From the NCBI GenBank assembly GCA_038046725.1, contig JBBSVQ010000040.1:9526-73525 (forward strand): 64,000 bases of DNA. Reading direction: 5' to 3'. This DNA is from Thermoplasmatota archaeon (GTDB taxonomy: Archaea > Thermoplasmatota > E2 > JACPAO01 > JAHFTW01). A program made the translations under genes and the position numbers. Below the pieces are notes generated by a model. The model ran no database searches. It was not told where the DNA came from and saw nothing but the letters and a program-made list of their open reading frames with translations. Shown here piece after piece: positions 1 through 7,149 of this stretch (positions within the stretch are counted from its first letter, which is position 1; each line of letters begins with the position of its first letter).

Positions 1-373
1 CCTGGAGGCCCGCCTTCGTGGCCTTCTCGATGGCTTCAGGGTTCACGACGCCGAGCTGGAACCAGATGGCCTGCGCCTTCACCGCGATGGCAGCGTCCAC
101 GACGGGCACGACCTGGTCGGGGGCGCGAAAGACGTCCACGATGTCAATGGGTCCGCCCTTGGCGGCGGCCGCCAGGTCAGGCACCGTCGGGACCCCTTCC
201 ACGGCAGGCGTCACGGGGTTGACGGGAATCTGGGTGTAGCCGTGGCTGGCCATGTACTTCCAGACCCGGTTGGAGTCGCGGGCGGGATTGTCGGAGGCGC
301 CCACCATGGCGATGCGTGGCTTGCCGGAGAGGAGGCGACGGACCGCGGCGTCGTCGTGCGTGATGTCGGGCAT
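1..373 (-). CDS. CoA-binding domain protein (YccU/YneT-like); C-terminus cut by window edge
   Basis: Own translation from ATG at 371-373: MPDITHDDAAVRRLLSGKPRIAMVGASDNPARDSNRVWKYMASHGYTQIPVNP... This fits the IAxVGAS...PVNP pattern of CoA-binding proteins. Absent from the ORF track because there is no stop inside the window. Confidence 0.75.
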   Translation of the reverse strand, partial: MPDITHDDAAVRRLLSGKPRIAMVGASDNPARDSNRVWKYMASHGYTQIPVNPVTPAVEGVPTVPDLAAAAKGGPIDIVDVFRAPDQVVPVVDAAIAVKAQAIWFQLGVVNPEAIEKATKAGLQ

Positions 374-396
374 GCGACGGGGATTGGCCGCCACGG

Positions 397-402
397 CTTA
401 AG
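397..402. promoter_or_regulatory. CTTAAG TATA-like box between divergent start codons
   Basis: 24 nt from the minus-strand ATG (373) and 31 nt from the plus-strand ATG (433). An AT island in GC-rich DNA. Confidence 0.35.
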
Positions 403-432
403 AGCGCAGGCTGGAATGGCTGCGCGGTCGCG

Positions 433-1020
433 ATGGTCCGCCTGCAGTGCCCGAATTGTGCCAACGTCATTGATGCCCCCGCCGGGACGACGCCCCGCTG
501 CCCCGCCTGCGGCTTCCTGGGAGCCGTGACGATGGGCAATGCCAACCCCTCAACTCACTTCGGTTCCGCGGAGTCTGCGGGGCCGCAGCAACGCCCCGGT
601 TGGGTGCTCGCCGTCGCCATCCTGCAATTCATCAACGGCGGGTTCGCGATTCTCGGCGGCCTCGCCGTCGCCTTCTTCGGAACCCTGTTCGCGGCCATCA
701 TGTCCGCCTTTTTCGGACCGCTCGGGGCCCTGGGCGGCCTGCTGGTCGCCATCGGACTCGTTATCGTGATCTTCGGCGTTCTGTACGTTCTGCTTGCCAT
801 GCAGGTGCTCAAGGGCCGCGACTGGGCCCGCATCACCAGCATCGTCCTGTCCAGCATCTCCGGCGCGTTCGGCCTGCTCAGCCTCATGGGCGGGAACTTC
901 ACGACGCTGTTCTCCCTGGCCTTCGACGTGCTCATCATCGTCGGCCTGTGCCTGCCGGAGAGCCGCGCCTGGTTCGCCCGGCAGTCGACTGGCCAGCGCC
1001 AAGGCTACGCCACCGCCTGA
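433..1020 (+). CDS. Zinc-ribbon membrane protein, function unknown
   Basis: ORF track 433..1020. N-terminal CPNC...CPAC zinc ribbon followed by several long hydrophobic segments. CTTAAG box 31 nt upstream. Confidence 0.6.
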   Translation: MVRLQCPNCANVIDAPAGTTPRCPACGFLGAVTMGNANPSTHFGSAESAGPQQRPGWVLAVAILQFINGGFAILGGLAVAFFGTLFAAIMSAFFGPLGALGGLLVAIGLVIVIFGVLYVLLAMQVLKGRDWARITSIVLSSISGAFGLLSLMGGNFTTLFSLAFDVLIIVGLCLPESRAWFARQSTGQRQGYATA

Positions 1021-1083
1021 CGGCAAGCGCCGTACCGGGGGGCCCCAGGCGGCCGTCGCTCCCTGGATGGCCGACCGTTGAGG

Positions 1084-1089
1084 TTTAAG
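1084..1089 (+). promoter_or_regulatory. TTTAAG TATA-like box upstream of egsA
   Basis: 24 nt upstream of ATG 1113, consistent with a leaderless transcript. Confidence 0.35.
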
Positions 1090-1112
1090 GCGGCGACCCT
1101 GTGGGAGCGTCG

Positions 1113-2171
1113 ATGCCTTCCGACGAGAAGCAGAAGCACATGGTGTTCCCGCGCCACGTCCTGGTGGGCAACGGCGTCCTCGACCGCGTCGGCGAGACCA
1201 TTGCGGACCTCGAGCTCGAGACGAACGGCATCATCGTCGTGGACTCCAACACGCGCAAGCTCGTCGGCGACCGCGTGCAGGCCTCCCTGCGCCAAGCCGG
1301 CCTCGTCGGCCACTTCTACGAGTCCTCCGGCCCCACGATGACCTCCGTGCAAGCCGCCATCAAGGCCGGCCGCAAGGTCGGCGCGCACTGGTACATCGGC
1401 GCCGGCGGCGGCTCCGTCATCGACGTCGCCAAGCTCGCCGCTTTCGAGCACGGCCCGGCCTTCCTCTCGCTGCCCACCTCCGCCAGCCATGACGGCATCT
1501 GCTCGGGTCGCGCCAGCATCAAGGAGACGCGTGGCTCCGTGTCGATGGAGGCCAAGCCCCCGGCGGCCATCGTCGCCGACACGGAAATCATCTCCAAGGC
1601 CCCGTTCCGCATGCTGGCCGCGGGGTCGGCGGACGTCATCAGCAACCTAACGGCCGTCCTCGACTGGAAACTCGCGCACCGCCTCAAGGACGAGGAATAC
1701 TCCTCCTTCGCAGCCGTCCTGGCCAAGACCGCAGCCGACCAGATCCTCGAGAACAAGCAACTCATCCGTCCCGGCATCGAGGAGGCCGCCTGGCTCGTGG
1801 TCAAATCCCTCGTCGTGTCCGGAGTGTCCATGGCCGTCGCGGGCAACTCCCGCCCGGCCTCGGGTGCTGAGCACCTCTTCGGGCACGCCATCGACCGCCT
1901 CGCCCCCGGCCCCATGCACGGCGAGACCGTCGGCGTCGGCACCGTGCTCATGATGCACTTGCACGGCGGCGACTGGCAGATGATCCGCGACGCCCTGCGC
2001 GAGATTGGTGCCCCCACGACGGCGAAGGAGCTCGGCGTGCCGCCGAAGAAGATGATCGAGGCCCTCACGACGTGCCACAGCCTGCGCCCCGAGCGCTACA
2101 CCATCCTGGGCGAGTCGGGGCTGACGAAGGAAGCGGCGCAGAAATTGTGCAAGGCAACTGCCGTGCTCTGA
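1113..2171 (+). CDS. egsA: sn-glycerol-1-phosphate dehydrogenase
   Basis: ORF track 1101..2171. FPRHVLVGNGVL, GAGGGSVIDVAK and SHDGI motifs typical of archaeal G1P dehydrogenase. ATG 1113 preferred because a TTTAAG box lies 24 nt upstream. Confidence 0.9.
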   Translation: MPSDEKQKHMVFPRHVLVGNGVLDRVGETIADLELETNGIIVVDSNTRKLVGDRVQASLRQAGLVGHFYESSGPTMTSVQAAIKAGRKVGAHWYIGAGGGSVIDVAKLAAFEHGPAFLSLPTSASHDGICSGRASIKETRGSVSMEAKPPAAIVADTEIISKAPFRMLAAGSADVISNLTAVLDWKLAHRLKDEEYSSFAAVLAKTAADQILENKQLIRPGIEEAAWLVVKSLVVSGVSMAVAGNSRPASGAEHLFGHAIDRLAPGPMHGETVGVGTVLMMHLHGGDWQMIRDALREIGAPTTAKELGVPPKKMIEALTTCHSLRPERYTILGESGLTKEAAQKLCKATAVL

Positions 2172-2179
2172 CGCCCCAG

Positions 2180-2253
2180 CCACCGATTTGCACGGATTCT
2201 CACCGAACGACCCGTTCGGTGCAACTCGACACGTCAGCAGGTTCAGTGGATTG
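2180..2253. repeat. 9-nt-unit hairpin element, degenerate (CACCGA/CACGGAT units)
   Basis: CCACCGATT-TGCACGGAT-TCTCACCGA, with a perfect inner stem CACCGAACG/CGTTCGGTG and a diverged outer right arm ending TCAGTGGATTG. Confidence 0.5.
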
Positions 2254-2277
2254 CCTGAACGACGGCGTGGATTCAAC

Positions 2278-2475
2278 GGCGCGCGTTCCTCCTCGCACAA
2301 GTCCAACGCCCCTGACGGCGACGTCGGCGTGCTGCTGATGGAACCTCCCTCGAAGCGCGCGCCGAAGGCGCGCGAGGCGGCGCCCCGCGCCGCCTAGCCA
2401 ATCCACCATCGGCTTGTTGCCGTGGCCGTCGTCGTCACAAAGAGGTTGACTTGCGTGGGGCACCGAACGGGCGCC
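2278..2475 (+). mobile_element. MITE-like repeat core, copy A
   Basis: Starts GGCGCGCGTTCC and ends GAACGGGCGCC (imperfect terminal inverted repeat). The interior has GACGTCGGCG, GCGCGCCGAAGGCGCGC and GGCGGCGCCCCGCGCCGCC hairpins shared with the other copies. Confidence 0.65.
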
Positions 2476-2598
2476 GGCTGGGACTCGAAAGGCCAACGAG
2501 CGCTCGATTTCACCCAACCCTCCATTCAGTTTGCATCGAAACAAGGGGTGTTCAGGATTGTTGTCGTCCATCAACAACCTTCATATGGTTGTGCGCTA

Positions 2599-2934
2599 AT
2601 GTCACCTGTGCTATGGAAGGTCATCGAAGTCCAACTCCTGGAAGACCTGCAGGTCACGGCCGAGTTCCTGGTGGACGGCAGGGACGTGCAGGAACTCAAG
2701 GTGGTCCTGCACACGCAATCGGGCGGACCGGTCCAATGGTTGGTCCGGATCGAAACGCACGGCGGGAAACCCCACAAGCACGTCGCGTGGGACGACGAGG
2801 GGGAGCTCCGGCACAAGCAACTCAAGGGATGGCCAAGCGACTACTCCAAAGTGGTCACACGAGCCATCCAGGACCTCAAGATGAACCGAGAGATTTACCA
2901 AGCAAGGTACAAAGCATGGATGGCAAGCAAGTAG
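2599..2934 (+). CDS. Small hypothetical protein, first gene of a two-gene cassette (possible toxin-like partner)
   Basis: Internal ATG of ORF 2422..2934; the upstream part of that ORF is repeat sequence. 111 aa, contains GGKPHKHVAWDDEG. Its 3' end overlaps the next gene by 19 nt. Local GC is lower than the surroundings. Confidence 0.5.
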   Translation: MSPVLWKVIEVQLLEDLQVTAEFLVDGRDVQELKVVLHTQSGGPVQWLVRIETHGGKPHKHVAWDDEGELRHKQLKGWPSDYSKVVTRAIQDLKMNREIYQARYKAWMASK

Positions 2935-3263
2935 CCGACAGGGCACTCGACCTGGCCGAACAGCAAATGCTGGCCCTCCTGGCCAATCCGGCTGGAGCAC
3001 CCGACAGGCTCACCATCATCCCCATTCTGACGATGCTCGGAGGCCCGAACGGATTGACGCCGGCGCGCATCGCGCTGTTCATCGAAATCCGCAGCCACGG
3101 AATCTACGAACAGATTCAGGAGCTGGCGGACGCCATGGGTCGGGACAAGCACGCGGTCAGCAAGGACGTCGACGTCCTGGTGCATCACGGCCTCGTGCAC
3201 AAGCAGAAGAAAGGCCGAACTGTGACCATCGAAGCCGACAAGCGCCCCATCTTCCTCGCATGA
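2916..3263 (+). CDS. Winged-helix DNA-binding protein (possible antitoxin/regulator)
   Basis: In-frame ATG inside ORF 2451..3263. LTPARIALFIEIRSHGIYEQIQELADAMGRDKHAVSKDVDVLVHHGLV reads as helix-turn-helix plus wing, like small archaeal HTH proteins paired with toxin-like genes. Confidence 0.6.
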   Translation: MDGKQVADRALDLAEQQMLALLANPAGAPDRLTIIPILTMLGGPNGLTPARIALFIEIRSHGIYEQIQELADAMGRDKHAVSKDVDVLVHHGLVHKQKKGRTVTIEADKRPIFLA

Positions 3264-3438
3264 AGCGCTGCGGCCGGCGGGCGTGTAGGCGTTCCACCAG
3301 GAGTGGCCGAGAGCCCGCGCCGGGCCGGGTTCTCCCGGGGGCCGAGCGCAGCGAGCGCCCCCGCCGTCGCCCAACGTGCTCGTCCTTCGTTTGAAGGTCG
3401 CCCCACACGTTCTTGACCACCCATCCAGTCCCATCCCT

Positions 3439-4257
3439 GTGAGCGACGAGCGCCCATCCGTCGACCAGTACTTCATGGACATGACGCACCTCGTCAAGGC
3501 GCGCGGCACTTGCCCCCGCCGCCAGGTGGGCGCCGTCATCGTGAAGGACAAGCGCCTGCTCACCACGGGTTACAACGGCGCGCCGCGCAACTTCCCGCAC
3601 CCCATCGACGTCGGCTGCCTGCGTGACGAGCTGCAGGTCCCCAAGGGCATGCTCGCGGACATCTGCCCGTGCCTGCACGCCGAGCAGAACGCCATCCTGC
3701 AAGCCGCCACGACTGGCGTCTCCATCGAGGGCGCCGACCTGTACTGCACCACTCAGCCGTGCACGCAATGCAGCCGCATGCTGGCCAACTGCGGCATCCA
3801 ACGCGTCATCTTCGCGGAAGAGTACCCCGATCCGCTCGCCACCGGCATCCTCACCACGGCCGGCGTCGAGATGTACCATTGGGACCACGCCGCCAACAAG
3901 CTGCACCGCATCAAGGGCAACACCTTCGAGCAGGCGCAGGACCAATTGCGCAAGAAGTGGAAGGCCGGCGAATTCCACGCAGCCCCCGCGCCGGGAGCCG
4001 TCATCGGCAAGCGCCTGCCCGTGGTCCAGGGCGGCGGCGCGCAACCCTCCAACCGTCTGCGATCCGTGCCCCCGTCTGTGCCCGCGCCGCCTCCCCAGCC
4101 GGAGGAGCAATCCGGCGAGGAGGTGCCGGACGACGCATCGGGCCCGTCGGCGCGTGGCGTGCGCAACTTGCGCGACGACCCGAACCGGGCGGAACTCATC
4201 CGCCGCATGGCACAGGAGAAGGCCGAACGGCGCAAGAAGCAGCGCGAAGGCCTCTGA
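3439..4257 (+). CDS. dCMP (deoxycytidylate) deaminase with long C-terminal low-complexity extension
   Basis: ORF track 3376..4257. DQYFMDM...HAEQNA...PCTQC zinc-deaminase motifs. GTG 3439 is preferred because codons 3376-3400 are repeat sequence shared with 30968-30998. The last 130 aa or so are Pro/Ala/Arg/Lys-rich. Confidence 0.85.
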   Translation: MSDERPSVDQYFMDMTHLVKARGTCPRRQVGAVIVKDKRLLTTGYNGAPRNFPHPIDVGCLRDELQVPKGMLADICPCLHAEQNAILQAATTGVSIEGADLYCTTQPCTQCSRMLANCGIQRVIFAEEYPDPLATGILTTAGVEMYHWDHAANKLHRIKGNTFEQAQDQLRKKWKAGEFHAAPAPGAVIGKRLPVVQGGGAQPSNRLRSVPPSVPAPPPQPEEQSGEEVPDDASGPSARGVRNLRDDPNRAELIRRMAQEKAERRKKQREGL

Positions 4258-4273
4258 TCCAATCGACGCCCAG

Positions 4274-4359
4274 CCACGAGCCACGGATTGCACGGATGCG
4301 CACGGACCGTCGTTTCCGCGCCAATCCGTCGTTTCCGCGCCAATCCGTGCAATCCGTGG
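4274..4359. repeat. 9-nt-unit hairpin element, CACGGAT variant, with internal 19-nt tandem duplication
   Basis: CCACGGATT-GCACGGATG-CGCACGGAC ... CCAATCCGT-GCAATCCGTGG. The sequence CCGTCGTTTCCGCGCCAAT occurs twice in tandem (4307-4325, 4326-4344). Confidence 0.7.
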
Positions 4360-4440
4360 CAGGTCGGCGGCGTCGGCGTCGGAAGACGTTGCACCTTCGC
4401 GACCAGGAACCGGCGTGGCCGACGGTGGCCGGGAAGGCGA

Positions 4441-4992
4441 CTACTTCGCCAACCGGTCGAGCAGATGCTCGACCTTCTTGCGGAACTGCGCCAGCGTGCC
4501 GTCGTTGACGACCATCTCGTCCGCCAAGGCAATGGTGCGCGCGATTCCCCAAGTCATCTCGCGTTCATCGCGGGCCTTCAGGACGGCGGGGTCGCTGGAG
4601 TCGTCGGCGCGGCCGCGTTTGACCATGCGGTCGAAGCGGTGCTCCGGGTCCGTGTGGATGGCCACGAGGTCGAATTCGTCGCCCAGCTCCCGGCGGAACG
4701 TGTCGACCTCCTCGTGGCTGCGGATCCCATCGATCAAGACGAGTTTGTGGCCAGGGGCTTCTTCGCGGACGCGGTCGCAGGTGCGCTTGGCCCAGACGTC
4801 CTTGCCGTGCGAGGCCCGCATGGCGTTGGCGACTTCCCCGACGTGCTTGGCGTCGCGTGGCTTGCCTTGGCGTTCGACTTCCTCCCAGATGAGGTCGCCC
4901 ATGCGCACGACGGGGATGCCGCGCGCCTTCGCGACCTCCATGGCCTCCGACTTGCCGGAGCCAGGCATCCCGGTGAAGCCGAGCACGCGCAC
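4441..4992 (-). CDS. P-loop nucleotide kinase (archaeal UPF0200 / dephospho-CoA-kinase-like)
   Basis: ORF track. N-terminus MRVLGFTGMPGSGKSE (Walker A) and overall similarity to archaeal UPF0200 kinases. Confidence 0.7.
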   Translation of the reverse strand: MRVLGFTGMPGSGKSEAMEVAKARGIPVVRMGDLIWEEVERQGKPRDAKHVGEVANAMRASHGKDVWAKRTCDRVREEAPGHKLVLIDGIRSHEEVDTFRRELGDEFDLVAIHTDPEHRFDRMVKRGRADDSSDPAVLKARDEREMTWGIARTIALADEMVVNDGTLAQFRKKVEHLLDRLAK

Positions 4993-5052
4993 ATCGGCCC
5001 TCAGGCCGATGTGTGCTATAAGCAGCGATGCGAGCGCAGAACGCCTTGCGCA

Positions 5053-5385
5053 CTAGCTCTGCGACGTGCGTTGGCCGTCGTCCACGGGTTCCTCGGCGGG
5101 CGGCTCGGGGTCGCCTTGGAACGTGGCGCGCACCGTGAAGGACCCGATGAACGGCCCCGGCTGCCACGTCGGGTCGCCCCAGGCGTCGTCCGAGCGGTTG
5201 AGGCACGCGAACAACTGCCAAGCCCCCTCGAGGTCGATGCCGCCGGGCTCGATGCGCAGGTCCAAGGGCTGGCCGCGCGCGATGCGCGGTGAGTCCACGA
5301 CGCTTTTCATGCCTGGGGCCCGGTAGCCGAGGACCATGGTCGGCTGCGGGTAGTCGGCGTCCGTCCAGTCGAATTGGATGCTCAT
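5053..5385 (-). CDS. Hypothetical protein, probable mature part of a frameshifted lipoprotein
   Basis: ORF track. Its reading frame stays open upstream of the ATG and abuts a lipobox mini-ORF in another frame. Confidence 0.5.
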   Translation of the reverse strand: MSIQFDWTDADYPQPTMVLGYRAPGMKSVVDSPRIARGQPLDLRIEPGGIDLEGAWQLFACLNRSDDAWGDPTWQPGPFIGSFTVRATFQGDPEPPAEEPVDDGQRTSQS

Positions 5386-5489
5386 CGTGCCGTTGCGTGT
5401 GGGTTGTTTGCCGCCAGCCGTCGGGCCGCCGGGGCCGGCCCGGCGCAGCCGGCGAGCAGGAATCCAAACGCCAGCACGGCTGCGCGCAT
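5382..5489 (-). other. Lipoprotein signal-peptide mini-ORF (MRAAVLAFGFLLAGC...) out of frame with the downstream ORF
   Basis: Internal ATG at 5489 of ORF 5382..5576. Classic signal peptide plus LAGC lipobox. It ends in ATGA overlapping the start of 5053..5385. Confidence 0.45.
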
Positions 5490-5511
5490 GGCGAGGAGTT
5501 TGGCGCCCGCC

Positions 5512-6195
5512 TCAAATCCTCTGTGGTGCACGCGTCGATTCCGGCCTGGGCCCCGGAGCAGCGGCGGCGTCCGCACCGGTCAGGACAAGGCCGCCCCAGG
5601 CCCACCCGGCCAGGACGTCGGTTGGCCAGTGGACGCCGCCCAGGACGCGGGCGACGCCGACGGATAGCGCGAGGCCAATCCACAGCCCGACCGCGAACGG
5701 CATGAAGGGTCGCATGCGCGGCCAGCGCTGCACCAACGCGGGCATCACCACGAGCACGATGAGCCCGTAGGCGAACAGGGCGGTGGCGGCGTGGCCGCTT
5801 GGGAACGCGGCGGTTGCCTCCTCAGCGCCGTCCGGGCGGTCGCGACCGACGGCGGCCTTGAGGACCTGCACCGAGGCGGCGAGGAAAACGGCCGACGCAG
5901 CGGCGACGACAGCGCGCCGACGGGCGCCCAGCAACGCACAGGCTACAGCTCCCGCAAGGCCGACGCCGAGGCCGACGAGAGACTCGCCGGGCCAGGAGCC
6001 TTCCTCCCACGCCACGCGGCGCGCGGCGGGCACGTGGTCGAGGACCCAGTCGTGCGCAGCCTCGTCCGGCCCAGGCCAAGCGGTGGCCACCACGAGGAGG
6101 GCCAGGAAGAGGGCAACCAGGGCGGCCGCCAGGAGCGCTGGCCGGGCGGGCGCCCATCCGCGGCGCGGCGGGCTGGCCTGCGCCGCCGTGCTCAT
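5512..6195 (-). CDS. PAP2-family phosphatase (membrane)
   Basis: ORF track. KAAVGRDRP, PSGH and RVLGGVHWPTD match the three PAP2 motifs. Hydrophobic throughout. Start overlaps the fabI stop (ATGA). Confidence 0.85.
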   Translation of the reverse strand: MSTAAQASPPRRGWAPARPALLAAALVALFLALLVVATAWPGPDEAAHDWVLDHVPAARRVAWEEGSWPGESLVGLGVGLAGAVACALLGARRRAVVAAASAVFLAASVQVLKAAVGRDRPDGAEEATAAFPSGHAATALFAYGLIVLVVMPALVQRWPRMRPFMPFAVGLWIGLALSVGVARVLGGVHWPTDVLAGWAWGGLVLTGADAAAAPGPRPESTRAPQRI

Positions 6196-7109
6196 GCCTT
6201 CTTCTGCCCGAAGACCAGCGGGCGCGCAGCGCCCGTTGCGGGGGTGGCGGTGGTGGCGGGCGTGGGCGTGCCTGGGGCCGACGGGTTGACCGGCGCTGAT
6301 GCGCCGCCCAGCACCATCTTGTCAAGGTCCGGGGGGACACCCATGATGGAGTAGCCGCCGTCCACGTACAGGGTCTGGCCCGTCACGCCGGAGCCCAGGT
6401 CCGACAGGAGGAACAGGGCGGACTTTGCGACGTCCTGTTGAGACACGTTGCGGCCCAGGGGCGCGCTGTGCTTCATCCAGTCCAGGATCATGCTGAACCC
6501 CGGCACGCCCGATGCGGCAAGGGTGCGGATGGGTCCGGCGCTGATGGCGTTCACGCGCACGCCCTTCTCGCGGCCGCAAGTGAAGCTCAATTCACGGGTG
6601 AGTTCCTGCAACGCGGCCTTGGCGGCGGACATGACGCGGTAGCCGGGCACGAAGCGGTCGGCGCCAAGGTAGGTCAGGCACACGATGGCGCCATCCTTGT
6701 TCATGTGCGGCATGGCGTGGCGGGTCAGGCGCACGAGGGAGTAGGCGGAGACGCCGAGGGCGGTGTTCCAGTCGGCCTCCGTGGTGCGCACGACTTCGTC
6801 CTGCAGCGCCGAGGCGGGGGCGAAGGCGATGCAGTGCACCATCATGTCGAAGCCGGCCGGGTTCTTGGCGTGGCTTTGCTGGAAGAAGGAGGCAACCGAC
6901 TCCTCGATGGCAGCGTCGCACTCGAACTGCCCTTCAATCCAGGGCTTGTCCTTGAAGAGGCCCATGATGCGCGACAGGAAGCGCTTCTGGTACCCCATGG
7001 TGACCTTGGCGCCGTGGCGGGCGAGTTCCTCGGCGATGGCCCAGGCGATGGAGTCCTCGGAGGCGACCCCGAAGACGACTGCGCGCTTGCCGGCCAGACT
7101 GAACGTCAT
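6192..7109 (-). CDS. fabI: Enoyl-[acyl-carrier-protein] reductase (NADH), FabI-like SDR, with Pro/Thr-rich C-terminal tail
   Basis: ORF 6192..7187 with internal ATG 7109. GKRAVVFGVASEDSIAWAIA and YRVMSAAKAAL (Y-x6-K) are typical of FabI. Confidence 0.85.
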   Translation of the reverse strand: MTFSLAGKRAVVFGVASEDSIAWAIAEELARHGAKVTMGYQKRFLSRIMGLFKDKPWIEGQFECDAAIEESVASFFQQSHAKNPAGFDMMVHCIAFAPASALQDEVVRTTEADWNTALGVSAYSLVRLTRHAMPHMNKDGAIVCLTYLGADRFVPGYRVMSAAKAALQELTRELSFTCGREKGVRVNAISAGPIRTLAASGVPGFSMILDWMKHSAPLGRNVSQQDVAKSALFLLSDLGSGVTGQTLYVDGGYSIMGVPPDLDKMVLGGASAPVNPSAPGTPTPATTATPATGAARPLVFGQKKA

Positions 7110-7149
7110 CGCCTCTGGCCACGGGCGTCGCGGATTGAAGGCTTTCGAC

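Noticed and set aside
2188-2397. Conserved peptide ...PPRTSPTPSDADxGDL...KRAPKAREAAPRAA translated from several MITE-like copies (also 49789..50130, 24721..24921, 31130..31312).
   Set aside because: The frame is interrupted by stops or indels in other copies (for example copy D ends ...GDLP-stop, and copy F is read in a different frame). The similarity follows nucleotide conservation of palindromes, so a protein-coding repeat is unlikely.
2476-3312. Lower-GC two-gene segment as a prophage or integrative-element remnant.
   Set aside because: There is no integrase, tRNA target, capsid or replication gene. It is only about 0.8 kb and bracketed by repeat modules, so it is treated as repeat cargo instead.
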